DNA of 63,954 nucleotides, filler included, from Reticulomyxa filosa (Eukaryota > Protista > Foraminifera), in the NCBI GenBank assembly GCA_000512085.1. It is 20 parts of 20 records of this genome, joined end to end, with 100 filler letters (N's around TTAATTAATTAA, not from the genome) between each part and the next. Parts side by side here need not be neighbours in the genome. Positions count along the whole stretch, not along the records: positions 25,533 to 37,213 come from ASPP01021676.1; positions 37,314 to 38,447 come from ASPP01038027.1; positions 38,548 to 43,501 come from ASPP01019916.1; positions 43,602 to 45,228 come from ASPP01015388.1; positions 45,329 to 51,842 come from ASPP01018329.1; 15 more parts are not named here. The stretch is one strand, 5' to 3'. The notes below the pieces were generated by a model. That model made no database searches and had not been told where the DNA came from. It saw only the letters and a program-made list of their open reading frames with translations. Position numbers and translations under genes: made by a program. Positions 33,804 to 45,414 of this stretch are shown here, one piece after another. Within the stretch, counting starts at the first letter, position 1. Each line of letters begins with the position of its first letter.

Positions 33804-33876
33804 GCCCCCATGGCCCAATGAATAATGCATGAGACTATGAATCTTGATATTGCTAGTTCGAATCCAGTCGATGATG
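33804..33876 (+). pseudogene. Degenerate tRNA-Arg(ACG), anticodon now ATG
   Basis: TGGCCCAATGAATAA (Arg-type D-arm), GAGA-CTATGAA-TCTT anticodon arm and GTTCGAATCC. The acceptor stem is broken. Confidence 0.7.
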
Positions 33877-34216
33877 TTTTATATGATATTTTTTTTGTTT
33901 CGAAGACTAGCACTAAATTAAAATTTGAAGAATAAACAACAATATGATTAATTCCGAAAAATGTTTAATCTTATTTCCAAGCATTTTCATTTCAATCAAT
34001 AACTTCGTCATATTGTCCATCTCTGTAATAGTAAAGTCATAAACAGCAAACCGTCAATAAAAAAGGTTGATGTATACAATTTCAATTTGATGATAATGAA
34101 GCATTATTTGATTTAATATGTAATAAAAAAGTTGATCCTTTGAGCGAAAAATAAACAGAATCTAAATTGAAAAATAAAAATCAAAGACACCAAAAAAAAA
34201 AACAGTGACATATTTT

Positions 34217-35506
34217 TTACAATAAAAGTGATTTATTGAATATCGTGCTGAAACGTAGATTTTGGTTCATATAATGAAACATTTTGTGATCTTTCAAGAT
34301 TTCATGTATATTGCATAAGCTATTGTCATCGTCATTGGGCTGCAGTTGATTCAGCAAGTCATTACCATCGCCATAAAGATGGAGGCTTTGAGTAGAGCGA
34401 ACATAGAACAGAGCATCATCGACTTTTTTGGGGGAATGAGCATCAAACAGCAAAATGTACTGGCCAAAGGGTTTGTATCGATCCAACAGCCATTGATTTT
34501 CTTGAAACTTGGTAACGGCCAAGCGAATTGTGGTGTGAATATTGATCATCATTCCGAGCATGGTTAGCTCTTTAGTCACAACGCTGTGCAAGATTTTTTG
34601 GCGATTTTTGTCGGAAAGTGCATTTTGCAATCGCGGCACCAAATCAAACTGGTACACAAAATTCACACAGTGCCGCTGGATTTCCTTATGTAAAAACGAC
34701 TCCATCAAATCATCACAAAATACGAGTGGCGCACCAAACGTAAACGCCTGAATGTTTTTGAAGCAATTCTTCAAGTCTTCCGAAGACAGTATATTGGCAA
34801 GCATTAACGCTGCATATCCACCTCCCAATGAGTGTCCTTTTTTTTTGTTCATTATTATTGTTAATGACCACCCCCCTCCCTCTCTCTCTATCTCTTTCTC
34901 TGTATAATTATACGTATACATATACACATACATACATATGTATATGTATATGTAATCATACGTATAACCTGCAATTACCAAATTGGTAATTGGAGTGCCC
35001 TTTTTTTGTGAATGCGATGGTGAAGAAGAAGAAGAAGAAGAAGAAGAAGAAGAGCCAATATGTTGAAGAAAGTCATGACTATTTACATGCAAGATAGAAG
35101 AGAGTTGATCACCGCGTTTGAAATCGAAGCGATGAGGATCAAAGTAGGGCTGAGCGACTTGCAAAGGGAAAGAGACGTGAGCCCAGTAATCCTTGCAGCT
35201 GTAGTGCAAGAGCCTCTTGGTGATCTCCGTGACGACGGTCTGAAGCGCGGCATACATGCCACTGAATACACTGCAATTGAACGGAGGGACTTTAAGCGGA
35301 TGCACGCCAATGTTGATGATCGCGTCGATCGGATTGCTCATGCCTTTGAACAATAAAAACAAGTGATCCCAATGGTCGTAGCTACGTACCAACAGCCACG
35401 TCACGGACTGGCCGCGCTGTGTGCACGCATAGTCCAGGAGTTGATATCCATATTCGTGCAAGGTTTGACTAAATGCATTAAACTGACTTTCTGGCGTCAT
35501 GACAGG

Positions 35507-35539
<33 letters not shown>

Positions 35540-36052
35540 TTTATCATGTTTGGAGTCTGTAAATAATGAGGGGCATACTTTGGAGCCAATCCAGGACTCG
35601 TTATCTCTTGCACCATAAGTGTTGAATCGACGTGAATCTGTTGCGCGAAAAGAAGAGCTGGAAGCATTGGGCTCTGAGTTGGTGGTGACATTGGAGTCGT
35701 TAGCCAAGGGCTTGAGAGTGTAGATGAAGTCGGCGAGCCAACTCGCCTCCTCCGCAATCGCCCACTGTTCGTCGGTGAGACGGCCGCGTTGGAACGGATC
35801 TTTCCACGTCTCGTAGTGGTACCTGTCCAACAGCGACCGATTAACCATGTCGTTGTCATTGTCATTGTCATTGTCATTGTCATTGTCATTGTCATTGTCA
35901 TTGCCATTGTCGTTGCCGTTGCCGTTGTCGTCGCGCTGCGTCGTCGAAGAGTGCAGTGTCGAACTCATCACCGGATCGGGCCAAAACGTATCCTGCGTCA
36001 ACATCGACTCCACGTCGATGCTCCCTTTCCTATCGAGAACATTCGTTTCCAC
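34217..36052 (-). CDS. Class 3 lipase (Lipase_3)
   Basis: LFLLFKGM; LVIAG|HSLGG nucleophile motif split by an intron (about 34839-34967); FTFGAP; FDLVPRL; DHKM catalytic His. Confidence 0.9.
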
Positions 36053-36126
36053 AGCTTTTGCATCCTTGGAAATCTCTGTCGTTTTGTCTGGTCATTCTTT
36101 GTTTTTGCAATTAATTCCAATTCTTT

Positions 36127-36185
<59 letters not shown>

Positions 36186-36199
36186 CATTATTATTATTT

Positions 36200-37200
36200 T
36201 GCACTTCCTTGAAAAATTGCTCAAGTGCGAGTCGAAATTCTTTTCGATGATGCAAACACGACGCATTGCTGTATCCTTCTTTTTTTATCGCTTTGCTTAT
36301 TTGCAACACGTTTTCGTGGACTACCGATCGGTGGCGATTCGACCGGTTGTCGCTCGTGTGCTTCCTCAATGCGTAGTCGCGCAGGTACAACAATGGGCAG
36401 GTCATTCGATATGATCGAGGAATATACACCCGTGTCGGCAAACTCTTCTTTTTATTATTATTATTATTATTATTATTTTATCCGTTCTTTGTTTTGCATC
36501 CTTGTCCCATCTCCTTTCTCTTTCGTCTCTCTTTTGTTTCGTTTTTATACCCTCCCTCTATTTAACTTCAAACTTTTGGTGGTTCAAATATTGACACAAA
36601 AGCGAATTTCCATACTGATCAGCAATGGCAAAATAGTGCTGTTTCGAACATGCCACACACACAACATAGCAAGTATACTACATGCACATGCACATGCACA
36701 TGCACCCATCCAAAAAAAAAAAAAAAAAAAACTTGAAAGTGTGGAATGTCAATAGCAAGATGCTTCGGAAGTTGCAAAGATTGGAGTGTGACATGTTGCA
36801 ATGGAACTTGCAACCAAAGTCGCTTGTGCAAGCGAAGGAACAGCATGCAGTGATGAACATACACGCATACGTATTCCCAGCGGGGACATCGGCTGTCCAA
36901 CACGCCAAAGATGCTGCTCTTTTTGCGTTCAATGTTTCGAATATCTCGCACGAGCTTCTTGGCATCCCCTTCCGTCGATGTCGCCATCTGTTTGTAAATG
37001 CTCTTCAACTGCTCGTTCCAAAAGTGTCGCTCTCGTCTTTGTCTTGCCAGGTCTTCTTCTATCAACCCGTTCAGGTCTTTCACTACGTAATCATGCAATT
37101 CCTCTGGAAAATATGTCACAACTGATGGATTCATCGTCGCCCTTGTCTTCCCTTCCATCAGTATGGACGATAGTTGTTTCAATCCGGACCTTGCTACATC
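36200..37200 (-). CDS. Upstream coding exons (lipase N-terminus or a separate gene)
   Basis: Open GC-richer frames at 36619-37182 and 35998-36441. The frame junction to the lipase could not be resolved. Confidence 0.45.
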
Positions 37201-38148
37201 CCCTTTTAAAAAANNNNNNNNNNNNNNNNNNNNNNNNNNNNNNNNNNNNNNNNNNNNTTAATTAATTAANNNNNNNNNNNNNNNNNNNNNNNNNNNNNNN
37301 NNNNNNNNNNNNNCTTTGTATTTGCGTAATGAGCTAGTCATTAGTTGCACATTATCCTAAAGTGATACCGTGCAGTTGGTCATATAAAACACGCTATTTT
37401 ATTGGTCACATGGTATAAATTTTCTTAATTTGTATTCAAATCTGAAATAGAGTAAAAGAGATCAAAATAAAAAAGAAAAAGAAGAATGAATGTTGCTGCT
37501 GTTTTATAGCAATTGAAGTTTCAGATTGGAAATATGAAAATGATAAAGCGTTTGAATGTCAAAATTCAATGAAAAATTTGCCAAAATTCTCTTTTGGTCG
37601 TCTTTTTTTTGTCTGGTGACAAACTATAACACACAAAAGAAAAATTGCTCAATCAATTGTTTGCTAAAAAGAAAAAAACTTCATTCCATTCAAGCAACTG
37701 GTTTTCTCTTACAAGCTTCCAATCCTGTTGCTGTAAGTCTCGTTTCGAACCTCAATTGCAAAAAAAAAGTCGCAAACATGAACTTAGGTCTCGACTGAAT
37801 AAAGAGTAATTATTTTCAGCTAGAAGCACGACCTTGATAACTATACTTTGATGCAAAGTGCAACTTTTCTTTCTCTCAAAGGCGCATCAAATCGCAGTAT
37901 TTCATTTATAATTTAAAAGTAAGGAGGAAAAAACATAACTGTGGCATTTCTCATATATATTGTTCTTCAAATAGTCTATTGTTTACAAATATAAATTGAA
38001 ACAGACTTTCGAGTAGAAACATCAATTCAAAAATAACAAAATCTGTAAAAATCCGACTAAAAAAAGTTTTAATTAAAAAAAACTCTAAAAATTTTAAACA
38101 CCCCTACATCATAATTTTGTCACGATTGCAAGTGGAAAAAGTTAAAAC

Positions 38149-38447
38149 ATGGAAAGGAGAGAGAGAGAAAAGAAAAGTATTGCTGATGCTCGAAGAGCAA
38201 AACAAAACAAAGAAAAAGAAACAAACGAAAAGATTCTAGTAAATGAAGCTTCAAGACCAAAAGAAAAAAACAAAGAAATAAATGAAAAGATTTATACAAA
38301 CAAAACTTCAGAAGCAAAAAAAGAAAATAAAAATGAAGAATTGGATACAACGAAACAAAAATTAATGCGACATTACCAATCACAAGACAAGTTGGCTCCA
38401 TTGTTCGATGATCCTGAACAATCCATTGACACGTGTTACATTCGATT
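38149..38447 (+). CDS. N-terminus of a NACHT-NTPase family protein, 3'-truncated
   Basis: KLMRHYQSQDKLAPLFDDPEQSIDTCYIRL resembles the pre-NACHT segment of an expanded foraminiferan family (recalled). The NTPase domain itself is not in the contig. Confidence 0.55.
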
Positions 38448-38582
38448 NNNNNNNNNNNNNNNNNNNNNNNNNNNNNNNNNNNNNNNNNNNNTTAATTAAT
38501 TAANNNNNNNNNNNNNNNNNNNNNNNNNNNNNNNNNNNNNNNNNNNNCTACTACTACTACTACTACCTATCACAAACAGATA

Positions 38583-41500
38583 GGAGAAGATACCCATTGG
38601 AACAAGTAGAGAAAGATATTCCCTGGCTGTATTGGGCAGACTTTTGGATTGTTTCTAATAGCAATCTATCGTGTGTCGTAACTTGTCAACAAATAAGTAT
38701 TAAAGAGAGTATCCCTGCCACTTCTCACGCCATTTTTGTGGACATGCCCTCGTCGCGGACAAAGCCAGACTCAATAAAAGATAAAATCTTTGAACATTTG
38801 ATTCGTGAAATTAACGATATGCCGTCCTTTTGCATTGCCATGGATATTGTCAACGACTTAAAAAGCAAAGTTAGCTGCCAAAAAAAATTCATTGATATCA
38901 TTTCAAAATTGGATGAATTGGGCCCAACTCTCGAACAAGTATTACATATACAAACATATAACATATATGTTTGTAAACATGACAAAAAAAAAAAAAAAAA
39001 CAAATGGACAAAAATTGAATTAGGTATATCAAGCGCTATTTGTATGCGCCAGAAAAAACAGCAAAAAGGACCAATGGCTATCTGCACGACAACTATTTGT
39101 TGCTTTCAAAACTCTTGCAACCAGGGAATCAACAAAATCACTTCACTTGCACGTATTTAAAGCGCTAGCTTGTGTGCTCTGCTCCACTATTTCCAGCACA
39201 AAAAAATATCCGGATCAGCAATTTGTGCTAATCCCGTGCTGCAATTACCTGATGTTCATAGCACAGAGCTGTAAGTACAAAACACCCTGGAAAGGTATGC
39301 ATATTCAGAAAATTGTGTTTACAAGTGAAGGAAAATATTCAATCGATGAAACAATCTTGAGGGAGGTGCTCATCTTAGATTTGCATTTGCGAAAGAATAA
39401 TCAATTTCCTCCAAAAATCCATATTGAAAAACATTTGATTAACTTATTACAATCTTATCCTAGTTTCACTGATTCCACTGTTCAATTGTTCTTTGATAAT
39501 ATCGATCTCAATGAAAAAAAGGAACACAGCGCATGGGGGCACTTGTGGGGTTGCACGGGATGCTGGTCTATTTTTATGGGACTGTATGGATTACAGTTCG
39601 ACAAGTGGGATATACTCATTGCTAAAATGCGACAGTGTGCTGAAGATTTTATCAATATCTCCAAGAAACTTTTGAACGGCTTTACATCCAACGACTTTAT
39701 ATCTATGGCTATGAATTCACCGTCAGACATACTTGAATTCTTTCGCTTTGTGAAGAGACAACCATCCATGTATGTTTTTCATTGTTCTAAACAAACGTCA
39801 GCAAACAAAAAGAGTATCTTTTTGTATGAATAGATGGAAGAACAAAGCTAGTATAATAAACACAATTAAATTGTTTTGTGACAATAATGAAGTGGAAGGT
39901 CAAGGATTGATTGTAATGATAGAGTTGCTATGGACTGTTTCGTTGTTTTTCCCATACATATTTATATATGTATATGTGTACATGTGGATGTCTTGTAAAC
40001 ATATGCAATATTCAATCATAACAACAATAACAAAAGCGGATTGCAGATAACGAAAAGACGAATGAAAGGTTAACATTGACTAATAGGATATTGCAGCTCC
40101 TCTTAAAAGAAAAAGGAGGCCGTGTACATTGGATTACATTATTGGCAAATTCAAATACAATAAGCACTCATATTACTTTCTTAAAATCACTTCAAGATTC
40201 ACTAAATGACTGGCTGTGTAAAAGGGGAGATGAAAATAAAGCCATTGAAAGAATACCATTTCACTCCAAAGTACTTGAGTTGGTGTCCTCAAATACATTT
40301 GAAAATGCAAAATTATATCATCGGTATTTGATAGAAATTGCGAATGAAAATTATAGAGAATTGTGGCTGAGTAATAAAAAATGGACCTCGGAGGAAATTA
40401 ACATATGTGCAAAAGTCAAATGGGAGTTATGGCCACAGGTAATTAAGAATATCGACAATATTCCAAATATTGAAGGCTTGGACGAAAAAAATGTGGAGTC
40501 TGTAAATAGCAGAGTTCGTTCAAATTTAGATTATTGTTTTGACTGCCAATTGTGGTTTAAACAAGAAAATCCAATGCAAACAAAATTATTCACTTTTTTT
40601 AGTCAAGTATTGACAGAGTTAGTTGCAAATCGAAAACTTCTTTCTATTAATGCTCATAAGTATTTAATGAAACATCGGAAAGACATTGAAAATATTTCTT
40701 CTAATTGTTCAATGGATTTGCAGTCATCATTACAAAAAATGGATAAAATCATAAATAATTATAGTCAATTCTCTAAATTGATTCATACATTCAGACAGAT
40801 ACAGGATTATTTATTTGAAAATGATTTGTCGGACCGATTGAAAGAGCTTAGACAACAGAATGACGGTTGGGAAGCTCAAGAACTTGCAAGTGTGAAAGAA
40901 AATTATAAAAATGAGCTCCAACAATTGAAATCGTGTCAACAAAAAATGGAAATTATACTGGAACGGAAAAAAAGTGCAATGTTTCAGAACATTTGGGGAC
41001 ACTTTCATTCACAATATAAATCGATCCAGTCTCAAAAATCTCTTTCTATTTTTGACAAAATATTTGATAATATGAGTCACGTGTGGAAAAATTTTAAGCA
41101 GGTTTGCAGTGTTTCTCTTTTTTTAAAAAAAAATCTAAAAAGGAAAGGAGAAAAGCATCCAATTGCTGTATTTTCATATTAATTGGTATATATGTGTGTC
41201 TTATTTGAATGAAATACATAGAATCTTCAAAATCAAACACTCAAGTATCAAGATTTGGAGTGGGTATTTACCGAACATTCAAATGATACAGATGGAATAA
41301 TAAAGTGTTTGATGAATGAGATGCAGTATTTATTCCAAGATTATAACGATGAACAACGACAGAAAATTGTAAATGATTTAAAAGTAAATATGAGAAAAGT
41401 GATTAGTTTGAAAGGGCAAATTCAGTCTTGGATTGAGTTGAAGAAAGTAACAGAACAAATGAAAGAGTATCATCCTTGCAAGGACAAAATAAAAGAAGAT

Positions 41501-43501
41501 GAAAAATGGGAAAAATATGTAAAAGCATTGGCACGAATAGAACAAGTGGAAAGAACAAAAGAAGATATCTCAATCACAGAGACGTCTGGATGTTATGATG
41601 CTTGTATCGAATGTGTGAGTGAAATCGCCAAACCTTGTATGGCAATTGATCTTTTTAAGACCTTGATCGAGTGCAAAGATAAAATGAAAATATTGATAGA
41701 ACATCAAAACTTCAATGATGGATCGTACTTTGAGAACACAATAAATGTATTAACCAAAAGTAGACATAGAGACATTCAAGATTTTGTCACAGTCTTGCGA
41801 CCTGTGAATCACACAATGCAAGAAAAATTGTGGAAAAATCCATCGAAAGATATGACCGAATTGGCCAAATCTATTTTGTCATTGCCCAATGACAAAGACT
41901 TTATCACAAATATAAAAAAATGCTGTGATGTAGACTTGAGTACTATTGCGACTTTGGTCAATGAAGCAGATAAAATTCGAACAGAACAAAGTTTGAAACA
42001 ATTGAAAGAGGCGATCCAATATGGGAACTGGAAATTTGCATGTTGTAGGGATGTGTTGGAAGGAAAGAAAAAAAACGAATTGGCTTTGCAAATAAATAAT
42101 ACAACTTGGAATTATGAGGAAATTGGAGAAAACATTGACCGTGTATTGCTTGGAGCAGGAAAAGAAGAGTTGGAAGAGATCGAAACTGTTATCCAACAAT
42201 TTGAGGAGTGCAAAGAGATTAGTTCATATCGAATCAAATTTTGGAAAAAAGGAGGGCGAATTGATATTGAAAATGATATTGAAAATGATGAAAAAGGAGG
42301 AAATCAGAATGATGATAAACCATTGACATTACGTGTGCGTTTCCAAATGGATGAATTTGAAACATGCAAAGAGTGTTGGAAACGACGACTAATTCAATGG
42401 AAACAACAATGTTTTGAATTACGAGAAAAATATCCTGCACTCAATTATTTCTGTTTCAATCAAGTGCACTTTTTAATTCAAATCATGGACACATTAAATA
42501 TGCCTAAATTTTCTGATCGTGCCATTAAGGCATCCAAACATATCAAACCCTTTCTTCAAAAAATCAACTGTCAAGTCACTGACAAAGATGTCAATGATAT
42601 CTTGCAAAAATGGAAGGACCCCAAAGATTTTACTTGGAATGATGCAGAGAACGGTGATGATGGTAATAGTTTTAAAAAATGCAGGGATTCAATTGCAAAG
42701 TTTGGACATATCCTTAATCCTATATGGGATTCATCTCGACACAATTTTGTGAATGAAAAATCCATTTTCATTGGATTGCATGCTGGTAAACCTAATTTGG
42801 TTATTGAACCCAATGAAATGCTGTTTAAATTGCTTGAATTATTTGAATCCCAACATTTTATCCCACGAGCAGAACATATTCTGGTTTGCAATGAAACAAC
42901 AACCGAAGAGGATATTGCTTGTCTGATATTTAGAGCCATTACAAATGACAAAAAAATATCGTCGATAACGACAATGACAACTACGGCAACAGACTCAGTA
43001 ACAATAGCCGAGACGGATCATAATTCAGTAAAGCCATTGTATTGCTTGGTATATCCAGAAAAGTTAACATTTGCAACATTAAATCAAATTTGCCAAGATA
43101 TAAACAAGTTATTATTGAATGACATTCGATTGGAAAAATTGAAAAATTGTTTTTATACGTTTGCAGTTCTATCCTCTGATGAAAACAATCCTTTGTGCAA
43201 AATACTTATTCCGTTCCGAGTTACGCTTCAGAATTCATCATCCCAAAGTATTCCCAAACAAATGCTGTCTGAACTTTATCGTAACCCATGGACCAATAGT
43301 CAGAAGCATGACATTGGCACAGAGCCACCATGGATACAGTTGTATACGTCTGAACAAGTTGCAATGGGGAAAAGTACACTTATTCAAAGAGATATTCAAA
43401 GTATTCGAAAGAAACATCAAAACAGAACAATCCATGAAATTTGTGTTGCATTTAATAGTAAAGACATTGATTGGGATCAGATTATGAATAGATTTTGGAG
43501 T
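38583..43501 (+). CDS. RNF213/mysterin-like giant AAA+ ATPase, internal multi-exon fragment
   Basis: LREKYPALNYF..Q, GKPNLV, PRAEHILVCNETTTEEDIACLIFRA, LYCLVYPEKL and Walker A TSEQVAMGKST, in RNF213 order. Confidence 0.85.
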
Positions 43502-43619
43502 NNNNNNNNNNNNNNNNNNNNNNNNNNNNNNNNNNNNNNNNNNNNTTAATTAATTAANNNNNNNNNNNNNNNNNNNNNNNNNNNNNNNNNNNNNNNNNNN
43601 NTTGTGTGTGTTCAAATAG

Positions 43620-44633
43620 CGATTATCCAATTTGACAACGTTTTTTCTGTCCGACTCAAATAATAATGAAAATTCTTTGTCTTTGTATATTGTGCTGGTC
43701 TCTTTCACATCTTCGTCATTCCCAAGTAAAACAAAACATGTATACGTTGTGATAATACATGTTTCAAAGGATAGTCTGGATATTCTATCAATGACAAGTC
43801 GTCCCTTTTAGGGAAACGTAATTAGATACTTGAAGACGCTTGCTTTTGTCATTTCTTTGTTGGTTATGTAACATGGTTGTGCTCGAAATAAATCAAACAA
43901 CACTGTTTCGCCTGTGCTTCCAATCTTTTGTATTTACATCTTACGAATCGAATTTTGATCACAAAAACAAAAACAAATTAATTACAAATAATAACATATT
44001 TATTTATTTGTTATTACAAACAAGAAATAACACAAAACTCAATACAGTACCAGTTTCCTCGGTGATTCAAATGAAACGAATGATATCAATTTTGAAACGT
44101 GAAAACCGAATTTTATCTCCAACTTTGAAATGAAGAGAATCAGCTGGATGATTTCTTTTGTTGACAATTGCAGCGCAAATCCTAAGTTTCGACGTCCCTG
44201 CATACAATCAAAATAAGGAATCCATTGACACTGTTAGCAGTCCATGCCCAATCATAATCAGCATATCTCTTGGAAAAGTTCAGTCTTTTCCTCAATTTCC
44301 GACATCATTAACAACGATTCTGTCATTTGTTGTGCGTCAACCTAAATGTTGCCAATATCAGGAGAGATCACAATAGGCAAGCGTATTTGTTTGGTCCATG
44401 ATGATAACACCTTTTTTTCAATGATATTGTTTGGGTTGTTGGATTTACACTGGTTCTTTTCTTTTCTTTTTGGCAGCTGCTGCACTTTGCAGAAGAATAT
44501 ATTGATGAAGGAACTCTCCATGTTGTATACTTTGGATTGTTAGGCTGTTTGAAGAGCTAAAGCCCACATTCGTAATGCACAAGAGAATTTTTTGTAAAAA
44601 GGGAAAACTTTTTCTCTTCAACAGAAAAACCAT
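43620..44633 (-). pseudogene. Decayed protein-coding sequence, family unknown
   Basis: Coding-like composition with an ATG at 44633 and an intron-like tract, but multiple stops and frameshifts. Confidence 0.3.
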
Positions 44634-45414
44634 TGCTCAAAAAAAAAAGTAATGATTCATTCCAAAAAACAATTTTAATTTTTAATTGTCTGTAGTTAAT
44701 CCGTTTTTGGAATTATAATTGTAAAATACAATACAAAAATTTTATCAATTATTTTTTTAATTTTTTATCAAAAATGTCAAAATATTTCAAAAAATTGCAA
44801 ATTTTAATCATTTTTTGTAAACATTTATGGTTGTGCGTCTACGTCTTAACGAAGAAAAAAGGCTTTTTTTTTTTGGTCTTCTCTGTCTCGTACCAACTCG
44901 TAATTAGGGTGAACGCACCCATTTTCACTTGTATGTCTTTTTTCTTTTGTTTTTTAAATAATCTTTCAACTGAAACAAAAAAGTGATTTGCTTGCAACAG
45001 CAGTCCACTTTACAAAAAAAAAAATGAATTTTTTACTAGGATGTTGTGCATCCTGCAACAAAAGAAAAAAGAAATGGGGTAAGGCCCCCCGTCTCCGCAA
45101 GGAGAAAATATGGTTTGTTATAGCTATTCTTTTTTTATTTATTTTTTTTTTGAAATAATGATTTTGTGTGTTTTACCAATTACAGCCGCAGCCCTCTATC
45201 AAAAAATAAGAAAAAATTATATGTCCACNNNNNNNNNNNNNNNNNNNNNNNNNNNNNNNNNNNNNNNNNNNNTTAATTAATTAANNNNNNNNNNNNNNNN
45301 NNNNNNNNNNNNNNNNNNNNNNNNNNNNTATTTTATTTATTTATTTCTCCTAACAAGTCGATTTTTTTTTTTTCTTTTTTTTTTTTTTTTAAAAAAAAAA
45401 AAACAAAAAAATAA

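Noticed and set aside
38149-43501. NACHT and RNF213 as a linked defence island
   Set aside because: They are separated by a linker, so the adjacency is artificial.
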